From positions 377,733-441,732 of the forward strand of contig CAVVMW010000018.1 in assembly GCA_963749495.1 (NCBI GenBank): DNA of 64,000 nt, given 5' to 3'. Below are positions 11,701 to 23,883 of this stretch, in pieces. Positions within the stretch are counted from its first letter, which is position 1; every line of letters begins with the position of its first letter. The notes under the pieces are model-generated. The model ran no database searches, was not told the DNA's origin, and worked only from the letters and a program-made list of their open reading frames with translations. Source of the DNA: an uncultured bacterium. Lineage in GTDB: Bacteria > Verrucomicrobiota > Verrucomicrobiia > Limisphaerales > UBA8199. Made by a program: the position numbers and the translations under genes.

Positions 11701-14700
11701 CGCCAGTCCCCACCGTCATGGGGCCGGATTACAGCTCGAGCAACCCGTCGGCGCTGACCAGCTACGAGATTACCAGCAACGGGCAGCGCACGCTGTTTAT
11801 CCCCAATGGACCGCCCGCCAACGGCTTGGCGAGTTATGCCACGTGGACTCCCGTGCTGCCGAACACAGCCTACTTCATCGTCATTGGCCGCGGCAGCGTC
11901 ACGTTGTCCAACTACTTTGTGCTCACCGGCGCCGTCAACATCACCGCCACCCTCGGCGCCTCCGGCTTCGATTTCAGCCTGCAAGCTAACGCGACCCTCA
12001 AGGTGCTGTTGAACGGCAATGCCGTCCTGTCGTTCCAAGCTATCGGCGCCCTCCAGCTCAGCAATGCGGGTGTGGCGGCGGCGCTGTCGATCAGTTACTC
12101 AGAGGGGTTCCCCGGCTTCAGCCTGAACGCTGCCTTCCTGCTTGAGTTGAATACGACCGGCGCCCCGGTCACTCTCATCGGCATCACCCTGCCGGTCGGA
12201 ATCGCTCGCATACGTGCAACCGGCGACCTTAAGGTCCTGGGTGGAGTCGTGGATCTCAACGGCACTTTCGATATTACGGTGACGGCAAGCGCCCTGACTC
12301 TGGCCGTCAATGCCAATTTGACCTTCCTTAACGCCACTTTCCACGCCTCGGGGTTTGCCGGTATTTACTACGATTCGAATCCCGGGTTGGCGCTGCGGAT
12401 CCAGCTCAGTCTTCCGGGTGGCGCCCAGGGCTTCGCGCCGGTGGCCGCCTTGGGCAACAAGTTCGTCATCAGTGGGGCATTCACCCTGGAGCTCAACACC
12501 ACCAACGTGACCCGGTACGACCAGAATAACAGCGCGATCAGCCCCGGTTTCAGGGTGACGGTTTCGAACCTGGGAGTGTACCTGTTCGGCTTTAACCTGG
12601 CGGGCAGTCTTTCGATTGGCATTTCCAGCGCGGGCTTCAGCATCAATATCTCGTATCTGACGCTCAACCTCTTCGGCCTTGCCACGGCAACGCTCAGCGG
12701 TTACTACCACCCCAACGGCAGCTTCAGTTTCACCGGAAGCGCGGGCTTCCAGCTCGGCGATCACGTCTTCGGCATCGGCGGCAGCATCAGCGTGACGATT
12801 TCCAACAGCGGGTTCAGCGCGTCCGTCAACGGCTGGGTGGCCGCCTTCGGCGTGCAAATCAGCGGCGGCGGTGCGATCGTCATTTCGCGCGGGTCGGTGG
12901 ACATTTCCGTTTACATCTACGTTGTTCTCATTCCCGCCATCCACATCCACACGCCGGCGGTAAGAGTCTGGGGCATTACGATCTGGCCTGCAATTAATAT
13001 TGACATCCCGGCGGTGACGGTCGGCGGCACGGCCCACTTCCACCTCGGCAGCACCAGTCCCGCCCCCACCGTGGCACAAGTGATCGCGGCGCCGCCCGCA
13101 GCGGCTCCGCCGGTCTTGGCGGGCGTGACCAGCGGCCAACTGGTGCTCTATCTCGGTCAGGACGTCAACAACCGGGTGAACAGTCTGGGCCAAGTCACCG
13201 GAGCGCAGCCCGCCGAGAATTACACCCTCACCCGGGTGCCGGGCGATACCGGGACCACCAACGGCGGCGAAACCATCCAGGTGGCCGCCCTCGGGTACAC
13301 TCAGAACTACCCCAACGTCACCTCGATCCTCGTCCGCAATACCCTGGATGGCAATGACGTTATCCTGATGGACAACGGGATTGCCGTGCCGGTCAACATT
13401 ACGCTGGGGACCGGGAACAGCAGCATCTCGACGGGGGCGGGGGTGGCCACCGTCAACGTGACCGGCGGCGGCGACAACCAAGTCACCACCGGTGACAACG
13501 CGAACGTCACGATCGCTGGCAACGGCAGCAACGAGGTTTCCACCGGCAGCGGCTCGATGATCAGCGTGTCCGGCAGCGGCAGCAATCGCCTCATCACCAA
13601 CGGCGGCTCGGCCCCGATCACGATCTCTGGCGCCGGCAACAACGGCGTGACGATCAACGGCGCCTATTCCGGCACGTTCACCCTGACCAGCGCCGCCAGC
13701 GGGAACAACTCGCTCGACATCACCGGCGGCTCGCCAACGATTTACGTGAACGGCGGCGGCGACAACGAGATCTCTGTCAGCAGCGATTCCTCCCGCACGA
13801 TTAGCGTTTCCGGCAACGGCGACAATGTCATCAGCAGCGCTGGTTCCGGCTCGACCACGGTCACAATTTCCGGCGACGGCGACAACCGGGTGACCATCGG
13901 CGGCGGCGCCTCCATTATCAGTGTAACCGGCAACGGTGCCAACCAGATCGCCACCGGCGGCGGCGCGGCCACGGTTACCCTTCTCGGCTCCGGCGACAAC
14001 CAGGTCACGACCGCCGGCGGCTTCGCGACGATCAACGACGAGGGCACGGGCGGCAATACGATCCTTGGCGGCTTGGGGGGCGGCGTTTATATTGGCGGCC
14101 TGGACCCCTACGGCTCGCCGTTTGCCGCCAAGGGTGATTCCAGCGTCTCGACCTCCTACGGCAACTTCTCCGTCCGGGTCTCCGGCTACTCGTCTTATAC
14201 CCTCGCCGACTACGGGCTGAGCTACGGTTCGTTCAGCCTCTCGCTTAGCGGCGTAGGTTCAGCGATCCTGAGCGCGGGTTCCAGCGCCACCGCCAATCAG
14301 TTCTCGCTCGCCGGTTGGTCCGGTTCGGCCACACTGAACGGGCAGGGAACGAGCAATGCTCTCCTCTATGTGCCGGCCGATTCCATGAGCGGCTTGAACT
14401 ACGTCCTTACGAACTCCTCGCTGCAAGTCACCGGCGGCCTGACCCAGACCATCGCGCTCTCCAACATCCAGACCGCAAACCTGGTCGGCGCCAACGCCGG
14501 CACGAACACTTACGACGTCTCCGGCTGGACGGGCGGCGGCGGGTTGGACGGACCCGCCGGAGCGACGAACACGGTGAAAGCGACAGATGACGTCAACTTC
14601 GCCGTGTCTGACACGACCTTGAGCCGCACAGGTTTCACCGACTTGACCCTTCTTGGCATCCAGAACGCCGTCCTGGCTGGGGGCGCAAGTTCCAATACCT

Positions 14701-17700
14701 TTACCGCCTCGAACTGGAGCGGCAGCGCCACCTTCGATGGTGCCGGCGGCAGCGACACCTACAACTTGACGCTCAGCGGCTCGGGCACCGGCATCTTCGC
14801 CGTGGCCGACTCAGGGCCGGCAGCGGGCGACACGCTGAACATCACCTGCGGGCGCACCACCTTCGTCACCTCGGCCCAGGTGAAGGTCGGGACCCAGCAC
14901 GTCAGTTACAGCGGCATTGCTATTTTGAACGTCAACGGCTCCGTCGGTGGCTTGACCTACAACGTCCAAAGCACCAGTGCCAGCGTGACGACCACTGTTG
15001 GGACCACCGGCAGCTCGAATGTGATCAACGTTGGCAGCACGGCGGGGCTGCTCCCGACAACGCCTGGAGTCGTCAACAACATCGCGGGAACCTTGAATCT
15101 TGTTGGCGGCGGCCAGGACACTCTGAACGTGGATGACACCGCCAGCAGCACCGCCAAGACTGGGACGTTGACGCCCACCGCGCTCATCGGGCTCGGCATG
15201 GGGGCCAGCGGCATCAATTATCAGGGTTTGTCCGCCCTGAACCTTCAACTTGGTTCAGGTGGAAATACGTTCAACATCCATGACATCAACACCGCTACCC
15301 ACACCACCGTCAATGGCGGCAGTTCGAACAACGACACGGTGAACGCGACGTTCGCGGCCGACTTCAACGGGCGGCTGGACCTCACTGCCTTCGAGCATGG
15401 GTCAGTGAGTGTGGTCGGCAACTTCAACGGCGCCATGACTGATACCGGTCCGGGCCACCTGGAATCAGTGCAGCTCGGCCAGTCGCTCGCCGCGTCGGGA
15501 ACCCTGACCGCCGGAGGCATTGACTCGATGAACGTAGGTCTGGATGTGGTCGGGACCGTCACCGTCTCCGGCGCGCTCACGAATCTCGCCGTGGCTGGCA
15601 ACCTTTCCGGCTCCGTTACTGAAACCGGCGTAGTCGCCCAACTGACCATCACCGGTAGCTTCACAGCCGCCGGCACGATCACCGTCTCCAATGCCTCACC
15701 GGCGCTGGCGGACATCACCACGATGTCCGTTGGTCGGAACCTGGCCGGCACGCTCCTCGTGACGGGCAACGTGACTACGCTGAACGTTGGCAGCGGCGCC
15801 ACGGACGCCCTCAGCGGCAGTGTCACGGTGAACGCTACGCTCATCACCCTTAGCGTCACGGGCGACGTCTCCGGGAAAGTCACTGAGTCCGGCACGATCA
15901 ATCTCCTGACAATCGGCGGCTCATTGACAGCGACCGGCGTAATCACCGCCTTCAACACCGCGGATTCGACCCAGGTGCCGTTACCGGACCCGACAACCCT
16001 GGGCAATATCAATACGTTCACGGTCGGCCATGACCTGGCCGGGAAGGTGATCCTCTCAGGAGACCTGGGCACGCTGACGGTGGGCGGCAATCTCAGCGGC
16101 ACGGTCACGGTCCAAGACACGCTGACGACAATGGCTGTGACCGGCGACGTCTCCGGTACGGTGACAGAGTCCGGCACCATCAACTCGCTGACGATCGGCG
16201 GCTCATTGACAGCGACCGGCGTAATCACCGCCTTCAACACCGCGGATTCGACCCAGGTGCCGTTACCGGACCCGACGACCCTGGGCAATATCAATACGTT
16301 CACGATCGGCCATGACTTAGCCGGAAAGGTGTTTGTCAGCGGAAACTTGGCCACGCTGACGGTGGGCGGCAATCTCAGCGGCACGGTCACGGTCCAAGAC
16401 ACCCTGACGACATTGGCTGTGACTGGCGACGTCTCCGGTACGGTGACAGAGTTCGGCACGATCACCTCGCTGACGATCGGCGGCTCGCTGACGGCAACCG
16501 GCGTGATCACCGCGGCCAACACCGCCGATCCGGCGCAGGTACCAGGGCCGACCTCAGGCAACATCAACACCATGACCGTCGGCCATGACCTCTTCGGCGT
16601 GCTCACGGTCACGGGCAACGTGACTACTCTGAACGTCGGCAGCGGCGCCACGGACGCCCTCAGCGGCGGGGTCACGGTTAACGGTACCCTCACCACCCTC
16701 AGCGTGACGGGCGACGTCTCCGGGAAGGTCACTGAGTCCGGTACACTCAACCTCCTGACGATCGGCGGCTCGTTGACGGCGAACGGCATCATCACCGCTG
16801 CCAACACCGCTGACCCGGCTCAAGTGCCGGGGGCGGCCCTGGGCAACATCAATACCTTCAACATCGTCGATGATCTGGCCGGGAAGGTGACCGTCACTGG
16901 AAACCTGATCACGCTGACGGTGGGTTCGCTGCCGGTACTCGGCAATCTGAGCGGAACGGTTTCGGTCCATAACACTCTGACGACGGTGAAGGTGACGGCC
17001 AACGTCTCCGGGACGGTGACGGAATCCGGCACGATCAACCTCCTGACGATTGGCGGCTCATTGACAGCGAGCGGCGTAATCACCGCCTTCAACACCGCGG
17101 ATCCGACCCGGGTGCCGTCACCGGACCCGACGACCCTGGGCAATATCAATACGTTCACGATCGGCCATGACTTAGCCGGAAAGGTGTTTGTCAGCGGAAA
17201 CTTGGCCACGCTGACGGTGGGCGGCAATCTCAGCGGCACGGTCACGGTCCAAGACACCCTGACGACATTGGCTGTGACCGGCGACGTCTCCGGTACGGTG
17301 ACAGAGTCCGGCACGATCACCTCGCTGACGATCGGCGGCTCGCTCACGCTCGGCGCCACAATCACTGCGTCCAACCTGCCGCACGATCCGTCGCAGTTGC
17401 CGCTGGCCGGCGGCAGCACCTTGGCCAACATCACGAAGATGTCCGTCGGCCAAGACCTGGCCGGCACACTCCTGGTCACGGGCAACGTGACTACCCTGAG
17501 CGTCGGCAGCGGCCGCACGGACGCCCTCAGCGGCGGGGTCACGGTTAACGGTACCCTCACCACCCTCAGCGTGACGGGCGATGTCTCCGGCTCGGTCTTC
17601 GAGACTGGCACGATCAATTCCCTGAGCATTACCGGTTCGCTCACCTCGACGGGCACGATCACCGCGAAGAACACCCAGGATTCGCCGCAGGTACCGGTCA

Positions 17701-20700
17701 GCGGGCCGGTCACGCTTGCCAACATCAACACCTTCTCGATGGGCCATGACCTGGCCGGCACGGTCACGGTCACGGGCAACCTCGGGACGCTCCCCAATAA
17801 TCTGGGAGGCATGACGGTCGGCACTACCGCGGCCGACTCCCTCGGCGGCACGGTTGCGGTTGGCAATACCCTGACCAACCTGACCGTCACGGGCGACGTC
17901 TCCGGGAGGGTCACTGAGTCCGGCACAATCAACCTCCTGACGATCGGCGGCTCATTGACGGCGAACGGCATCATCACCGCTGCCAACACCGCTGACCCGG
18001 CTCAAGTGCCGGGGGCGGCCCTGGGCAACATCAATACCTTCAACATCGTCGATGATCTGGCCGGAAAGGCGACCGTCACTGGAAACCTGATCACGCTGAC
18101 GGTGGGTTCGCTGCCGGTACTCGGCAATCTGAGCGGAACGGTTTCGGTCCATAACACTCTGACGACGGTGAAGGTGACGGCCGACGTCTCCGGGACGGTG
18201 ACGGAATCCGGCACGATCAACCTCCTGACGATTGGCGGCTCATTGACAGCGAGCGGCGTAATCACCGCCTTCAACACCGCGGATCCGACCCGGGTGCCGT
18301 CACCGGACCCGACGACCCTGGGCAATATCAATACGTTCACGATCGGCCATGACTTAGCCGGAAAGGTGTTTGTCAGCGGAAACTTGGCCACGCTGACGGT
18401 GGGCGGCAATCTCAGCGGCACGGTCACGGTCCAAGACACCCTGACGACATTGGCTGTGACCGGCGACGTCTCCGGTACGGTGACAGAGTCCGGCACGATC
18501 ACCTCGCTGACGATCGGCGGCTCGCTCACGCTCGGCGCCACAATCACTGCGTCCAACCTGCCGCACGATCCGTCGCAGTTGCCGCTGGCCGGCGGCAGCA
18601 CCTTGGCCAACATCACGAAGATGTCCGTCGGCCAAGACCTGGCCGGCACACTCCTGGTCACGGGCAACGTGACTACCCTGAGCGTCGGCAGCGGCCGCAC
18701 GGACGCCCTCAGCGGCGGGGTCACGGTTAACGGTACCCTCACCACCCTCAGCGTGGCGGGCGATGTCTCCGGCTCGGTCTTCGAGACTGGCACGATCAAT
18801 TCCCTGAGCATTACCGGTTCGCTCACCTCGACGGGCACGATCACCGCGAAGAACACCCAGGATTCGCCGCAGGTACCGGTCAGCGGGCCGGTCACGCTTG
18901 CCAACATCAACACCTTCTCGATGGGCCATGACCTGGCCGGCACGGTCACGGTCACGGGCAACCTCGGGACGCTCCCCAATAATCTGGGAGGCATGACGGT
19001 CGGCACTACCGCGGCCGACTCCCTCGGCGGCACGGTCGCGGTTGGCAATACCCTGACCAACCTGACCGTCACGGGCGACGTCTCCGGGAGGGTCACTGAG
19101 TCCGGCACAATCAACCTCCTGACGATCGGCGGCTCATTGACGGCGAACGGCATCATCACCGCTGCCAACACCGCTGACCCGGCTCAAGTGCCGGGGGCGG
19201 CCCTGGGCAACATCAATACCTTCAACATCGTCGATGATCTGGCCGGAAAGGCGACCGTCACTGGAAACCTGATCGCGCTGACGGTGGGCGGTAATCTCAG
19301 CGGCACGGTTACGGTCCAAAACACCCTGACGAACTTGGCTGTGACGGGCGACGTCTCGGGAACGGTGACCGAGTCCGGCACGATCAACCTCCTGACGATT
19401 GGCGGCTCATTGACAGCGACCGGCGTGATCACCGCCTTCAACACCGCGGATTCGACCCAGGTGCCATTACCGGACCCGACGACCCTGGGCAATATCAACA
19501 CGTTCACGATCGGCCACGACCTGGCCGGGAAGGTGATCCTCTCCGGAGACCTGAGCACGCTGACAGTGGGCGGCAATCTCAGCGGCACGGTTACGGTCCA
19601 AGACACGCTGACGACATTGGCTGTGACCGGCGACGTCTCCGGTACGGTGACAGAGTCCGGCACGATCAACTCGCTGACGATCGGCGGCTCATTGACAGCG
19701 ACCGGCGTGATCACCGCCTTCAACACCGCCGACCCGACCCAGGTGCCGTCACCGGACCCAACAACCCTGGCCAACATCAATAGGTTCACGATCGGCCATG
19801 ACCTGGCCGGAAAGGTGATCGTCTCCGGCAACCTGGTCACGCTGACGGTGGGCGGCAATCTCAGCGGCACGGTTACGGTCCAAAACACGCTGACGACATT
19901 GGCTGTGACCGGCGATGTCTCGGGAACGGTGACCGAGACCGGCACCGTCAGTCTCCTGGCCATCGGCGGCTCGCTCACCCAAACCGGCCTGATCCAGGCG
20001 GTGAATAGAATTCCCACTCTTGGCAATATCAACTCGATGAGCGTCGGGCAGAATTTCGCCGGGACGCTGATTGTTTCCGGCACATTAGGCAGCCTGGCCA
20101 TTGTGAACGGCTCGATGACGCCCACGGCCAGCCTTACGGTCGGCGCTCTTGGCGCGACGACGATTGGGCCTAACTACCTCAGCGTGGGGCAGAACATGGC
20201 GGGTCGAATCACCGTGCTGGGCACCCTCCAGAGTTTGCGGGTTGCGGGCGGGACACCGGGTTCCATCATCGCCGGCCACGTCGGAACCATCTCCGTCTAT
20301 GGCGGTTTTGGCCCGGTCGTGCTCAACGTGACGGAGAATGGAATTCAGCGGCTGGTCGAAGCCACGACGCCGAGCACGCCCTATCCGCTGCCCAATCCCT
20401 ACTCGGCCGCGCTGGCCCCCGGTCAAACGGGCTACGTCAATTTCCAGTTCTACTACGACTCCGGCAGCCTCCCGAACCCGCAACTCACAGCCCGCGTCAC
20501 CAACGGTGTCGGCACCGCCCGGGACCAGTACGACTTCAGCCTCCTCACCTACAACGACGGCGCGAAGTTTAACCTGGCACGGCTCGACGCCTCCGGCGTG
20601 TCCGGAATCCGCAACGTCGTGGTGGAAGGCGACCTCCTGACGTCGGTGACCGCCCAGGCCTCGAGTTTCTTCAGTGGAGACTCGAACCGGGCCGGAATCC

Positions 20701-22106
20701 GTCTTCCCAGCGACAACCTGGCCGGCGTCAGCATCCGCGACTTTGCCCCCAACGGATTCATCCAGGCCCGTTCGATTCAGGCGATGGCCTTCGGGTCCTT
20801 CTTGGACGGCAACAAGCTCCAGACGGGGGCCAACGCAAATGGGGAGGACGCGGAGGAACTCCTAACCGGCGGCACGCAGATCGTCCAGGCGGCCGACACG
20901 CTTCGGGTTGCATTCGCCGACCTTCCCAGCCAGCAGGCGGCCCTTTTCATCGCAACCGATGAGAATGGCCGTCACTTCGATAACGACAGCGTGACCTTCG
21001 TGGTTCAGAGCGTCGCCACGGCGAATGCGGCGGGGACGGCCAATATCGTGACGCCGAGCAATGTCCCTCGCGGCGCCGACACGGCGCTGGTCACCGTGAT
21101 GCCAACCCACGACCACCACGGCAACCTGGAGGGCTCCGTCATCCAAACGATCGCGATCCGCGGCGACGGCGCATCCATCGAGACCCAGCAATGGATTTCA
21201 CAGTCGATCACCAGTACCGGACCGCTGGGCGATCTCATCCTCCTGTCCAACCAGGGAATCACAGATGTCACGGCCTCCAGCATCTTTGGTTCGATCATTT
21301 CCGGCGGGGCGATAATTGGAACGATCCAGACCACCGGCATCCGCACCGATCCAATCACCGGGGCCACGTCTTCGGTGAGCGCTGACTTTGGCAATCTCTA
21401 CGTGTCGACCTCGAACGAAGGGCCGGGCAACGAAGGGCGGTGGAATGAAGGGCCGTGCTTGACGACCACAGTCGTGGAAACCCAATGCGGAGGCGTCAGC
21501 GGTCGAATCATCAGCCGCGGCAGCTTGGTCAGCCAAATCACCTCGGGTGGCGACCTCAGCGGCGTGATCGCGGTTCAAGGCAATCTCGGCCTGAACCGGA
21601 CGGTCGCGGGCCAGAACATGCGCTTCGGCGGCATCGTCTCCAATGGGCCGGTAAGCGGTTCCGTCGTGATCCTCGGCCAGCAGATCGCGGATGTCACGAT
21701 TAACGGTGGCCTCAATGGCGGCCACTATGCGGTGGAGGGTGGAATTCTCGGCAATCTCCTGATCAACGGCGGGCTTGATGCTCTGTCCGCGCTCGTTTCC
21801 GGCGGCCAAATCGGCGCCTCTGCCCTCGGCACGACCCTGACAGTGAACGGCGACAACAAGGGGATCATTGCCGCCGCCGGGAACATTGTTTTCGGAAAGC
21901 ACGCGCCGAAGGGCTACGTCTTCAATCAGGTCGGAACCAACCTGCAGAATCCGAATGCGGCAGCACTCCGCGCGATCTTCACCAACAACAACCTCCCCTT
22001 GGCCCTTGATGTCAGCGGCCTCGATTTACAGGGGCTCACGTTGATCCTGCTCGACCTGCAAAGCCTCAGGGTGGCCAATGGGACCCTGGCCGGGCCGGTC
22101 CCGTAA
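2726..22106 (+). CDS. Giant LEPR-XLL-motif extracellular beta-strand repeat protein (~6,460 codons), split by one apparent +1 frameshift near 7007
   Basis: N-terminal FRLEELEPRVMLSA motif. ORFs 2726..7051 and 7035..22106 share the same repeats (e.g. VVLGTASTNVTITGASLGLLVK). Deleting one G in gtgcccggcggcc gives VPAAIHTSGGDVTLDFSG, matching sister repeats. Composition is T/S/G/V/N-rich throughout. Confidence 0.85.
15600..20100 (+). repeat. Intragenic nested tandem repeats: ~282-300-bp units, four of which form a near-identical 1,182-bp super-repeat (~2.2 copies, ~16708-19290)
   Basis: ggcgacgtctccgg recurs at 15861, 16143, 16425 and 16710. Near-identical antisense ORFs recur with an offset of exactly 1182 (16820/18002; 17172/18354). 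Confidence 0.9.
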
Positions 22107-22140
22107 GATCTCAAATAGGGTTGCAGGAGTTGTTATTCTC

Positions 22141-22539
22141 TCGTGACCCAGAACCCGCCCCCCTGCAGGACAAAACCCGGCACACAACGGTGCAGCAGAC
22201 TGTTCGTATAGGCTCCACTCCGCACGTAGAGCAGGAAATTGCGGACCGTCTCCGGTTTCTCCTGGTCGAAAAGCTCCACGTTGATCCGGCCCACCCGATT
22301 CGTGCCCTGCAAGAAGTCGAAGACCACAACCGTGTTCGCCGCGTTGGTGTCCGAAGGAGCCCCTGCCCGGAGGCCAACCTCCTGCATCAGCCCCGGAACC
22401 AACAACAAACACAGCCAACTCCATCGGCACGCTGCGCGCCAACAGGGGTCGCACCGGAGGATCGTGCGCTTCATTGTCCAGTCGTCGTCTGCCCATTCTT
22501 CTAGCCCCTGCACTCCTGCAAAGGCAATCAAAAACAGCT
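22141..22539 (-). pseudogene. Direct repeat copy 2: 3'-truncated duplicate of the PPIase gene start plus upstream DNA
   Basis: Encodes MKRTILRCDPCW...GFVLQGGGF and breaks off about 35 bp beyond the giant gene stop codon. Confidence 0.9.
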
Positions 22540-22547
22540 CCCCAACC

Positions 22548-22687
22548 GTGCCTAAAACTGTGCCTGACTCAGTACTGCCGGAGTGCTTGGCAGCCCAAAC
22601 GCAGAGCTTTTGTTGAGCACTTTGGAGAAAAATGTTAGTTGGCGGTGGATTTGACCGCAAAAAGTCCTATTCCGGCCTCCGCCTCCA
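22548..22687 (+). mobile_element. Putative island right end (att site 1): 12-bp-spaced repeat plus tRNA-Cys-like 3' fragment
   Basis: gtgcct-aaaact-gtgcct at 22548-22565. ATT-CCGGC-CTCCGCC-T-CCA at 22669-22687 has T-loop/T-stem/acceptor/U73/CCA register. Confidence 0.6.
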
Positions 22688-23259
22688 AGTACTGACCGGG
22701 TAGTGGACGAGTAGGCCAGAGTAGTGGGCGGGTAGTCCCAAAACGGCACCGTTGTTGCCTCAGACCTCACTTCGTTCACCTCTTGCTGCAATTATCTAGC
22801 CACCAACGTATTGCAGGGCTGAAAGAACTCATTTGGGCCGGGAGGCGTCGGTTGGAAACCGACTCTCGCCTCCACCTGGGAAGTCCGCAGAAATGCTCCG
22901 AAATGCTCCGAAAGAGGCGATGTCTCGGGAGCAGAGGATTCTCCCTCCCCGGGCAGACTGTGATCGTCCGTTACAGCGCCGACGCCCCATCTTCGGAACC
23001 TGATTTACCAATTGGAGGGTTTGGTTGCGCAGCCTGCGAGTGCCGTATGCCGGGCAATTCATCGCAGGGCGCACCCTGCCCCATTAGCTTAACCCTGTGG
23101 CGGCTCCGCTCCGCTCGATCGGGTTCCTGGCCTCTGTCCTTCACGATTCCGTAAGAGCGATTTGACTTGCAGGAGGACAGCCTCAAGATTCTTAGACAAA
23201 GGGCCCGACCAGCGGCGCTTTATGGCTGAAATCGCGTGAATAGCGGTTCCACAAATGAG

Positions 23260-23637
23260 ATGGCGAAACAAACGGATTGGGAACGTTGGGTCATTGCCTA
23301 CGCTCCCGGAGTGCTGCTCTTCGCCCGCCAGCGAAGCCGCTGCGAGGCGGATGCGCAGGATCTGGTGTAGGAGGCAGTGGTCGAAACCTGGCAGCGGCAA
23401 GCTGATGGCGCGCCGCCGCCGCTCGCCCTGGTGTTCGCCACCATCCGCAGGCGGGTGGCGGATTGGGGGCGCAGCCAGGACCGCCGCGCTGCCCGCAAGG
23501 CGGCGGCGCATGCCGAGGATCCCGAATGCTGGTTTGACTCCAGCATCGAAGGCCGCGACCGCACACGGTTGATCCAGGAAGCCATCCAAATCGCGTTTTG
23601 GAGGTTAGATCGAGTAGCCCTTGCGCGGCCTCGCTGA
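23260..23637 (+). pseudogene. ECF sigma factor pseudogene
   Basis: MAKQTDWERWVIAYAPGVLLFARQRSRCEADAQDLV*EAVVETW... matches region 2, with an in-frame TAG at 23368; region 4 is missing. Confidence 0.75.
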
Positions 23638-23883
23638 GTCCTTGCTCCCGCACGCCAATCGCAGCAGCGGCCCAGCGGGCCGGTGGAGCGTACGGGCAAT
23701 GCATCGCGGCCTTGACCCAGGAGCGGCCAGGGTATAGAAGGCCCGCATGAAACGGGTCCTCTCTGCCCTGACTCTGTTCTCACTCACTGCCCTGCTCGTG
23801 CATGGCGAAGCGCCCGCCGCCGCCGCCACAAGGTTCTTCCCGTCCATGCGGGTCTGTGTGAGCCCGTTCCTCTCCAATTCCTT

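Noticed and set aside
13350..14100. RTX toxin / type I secretion substrate
   Set aside because: The GxGDN turns are beta-roll-like but lack canonical GGxGxDxL nonapeptide arrays near the C-terminus, and no T1SS genes are in the window.
15600..20100. CRISPR array
   Set aside because: The repeats are long, in-frame coding units without unique spacers, and there are no cas genes.
15245..20125. Long minus-strand ORFs (520, 389, 389, 313 aa)
   Set aside because: Antisense shadows of the repetitive giant gene caused by codon bias; no independent protein features.
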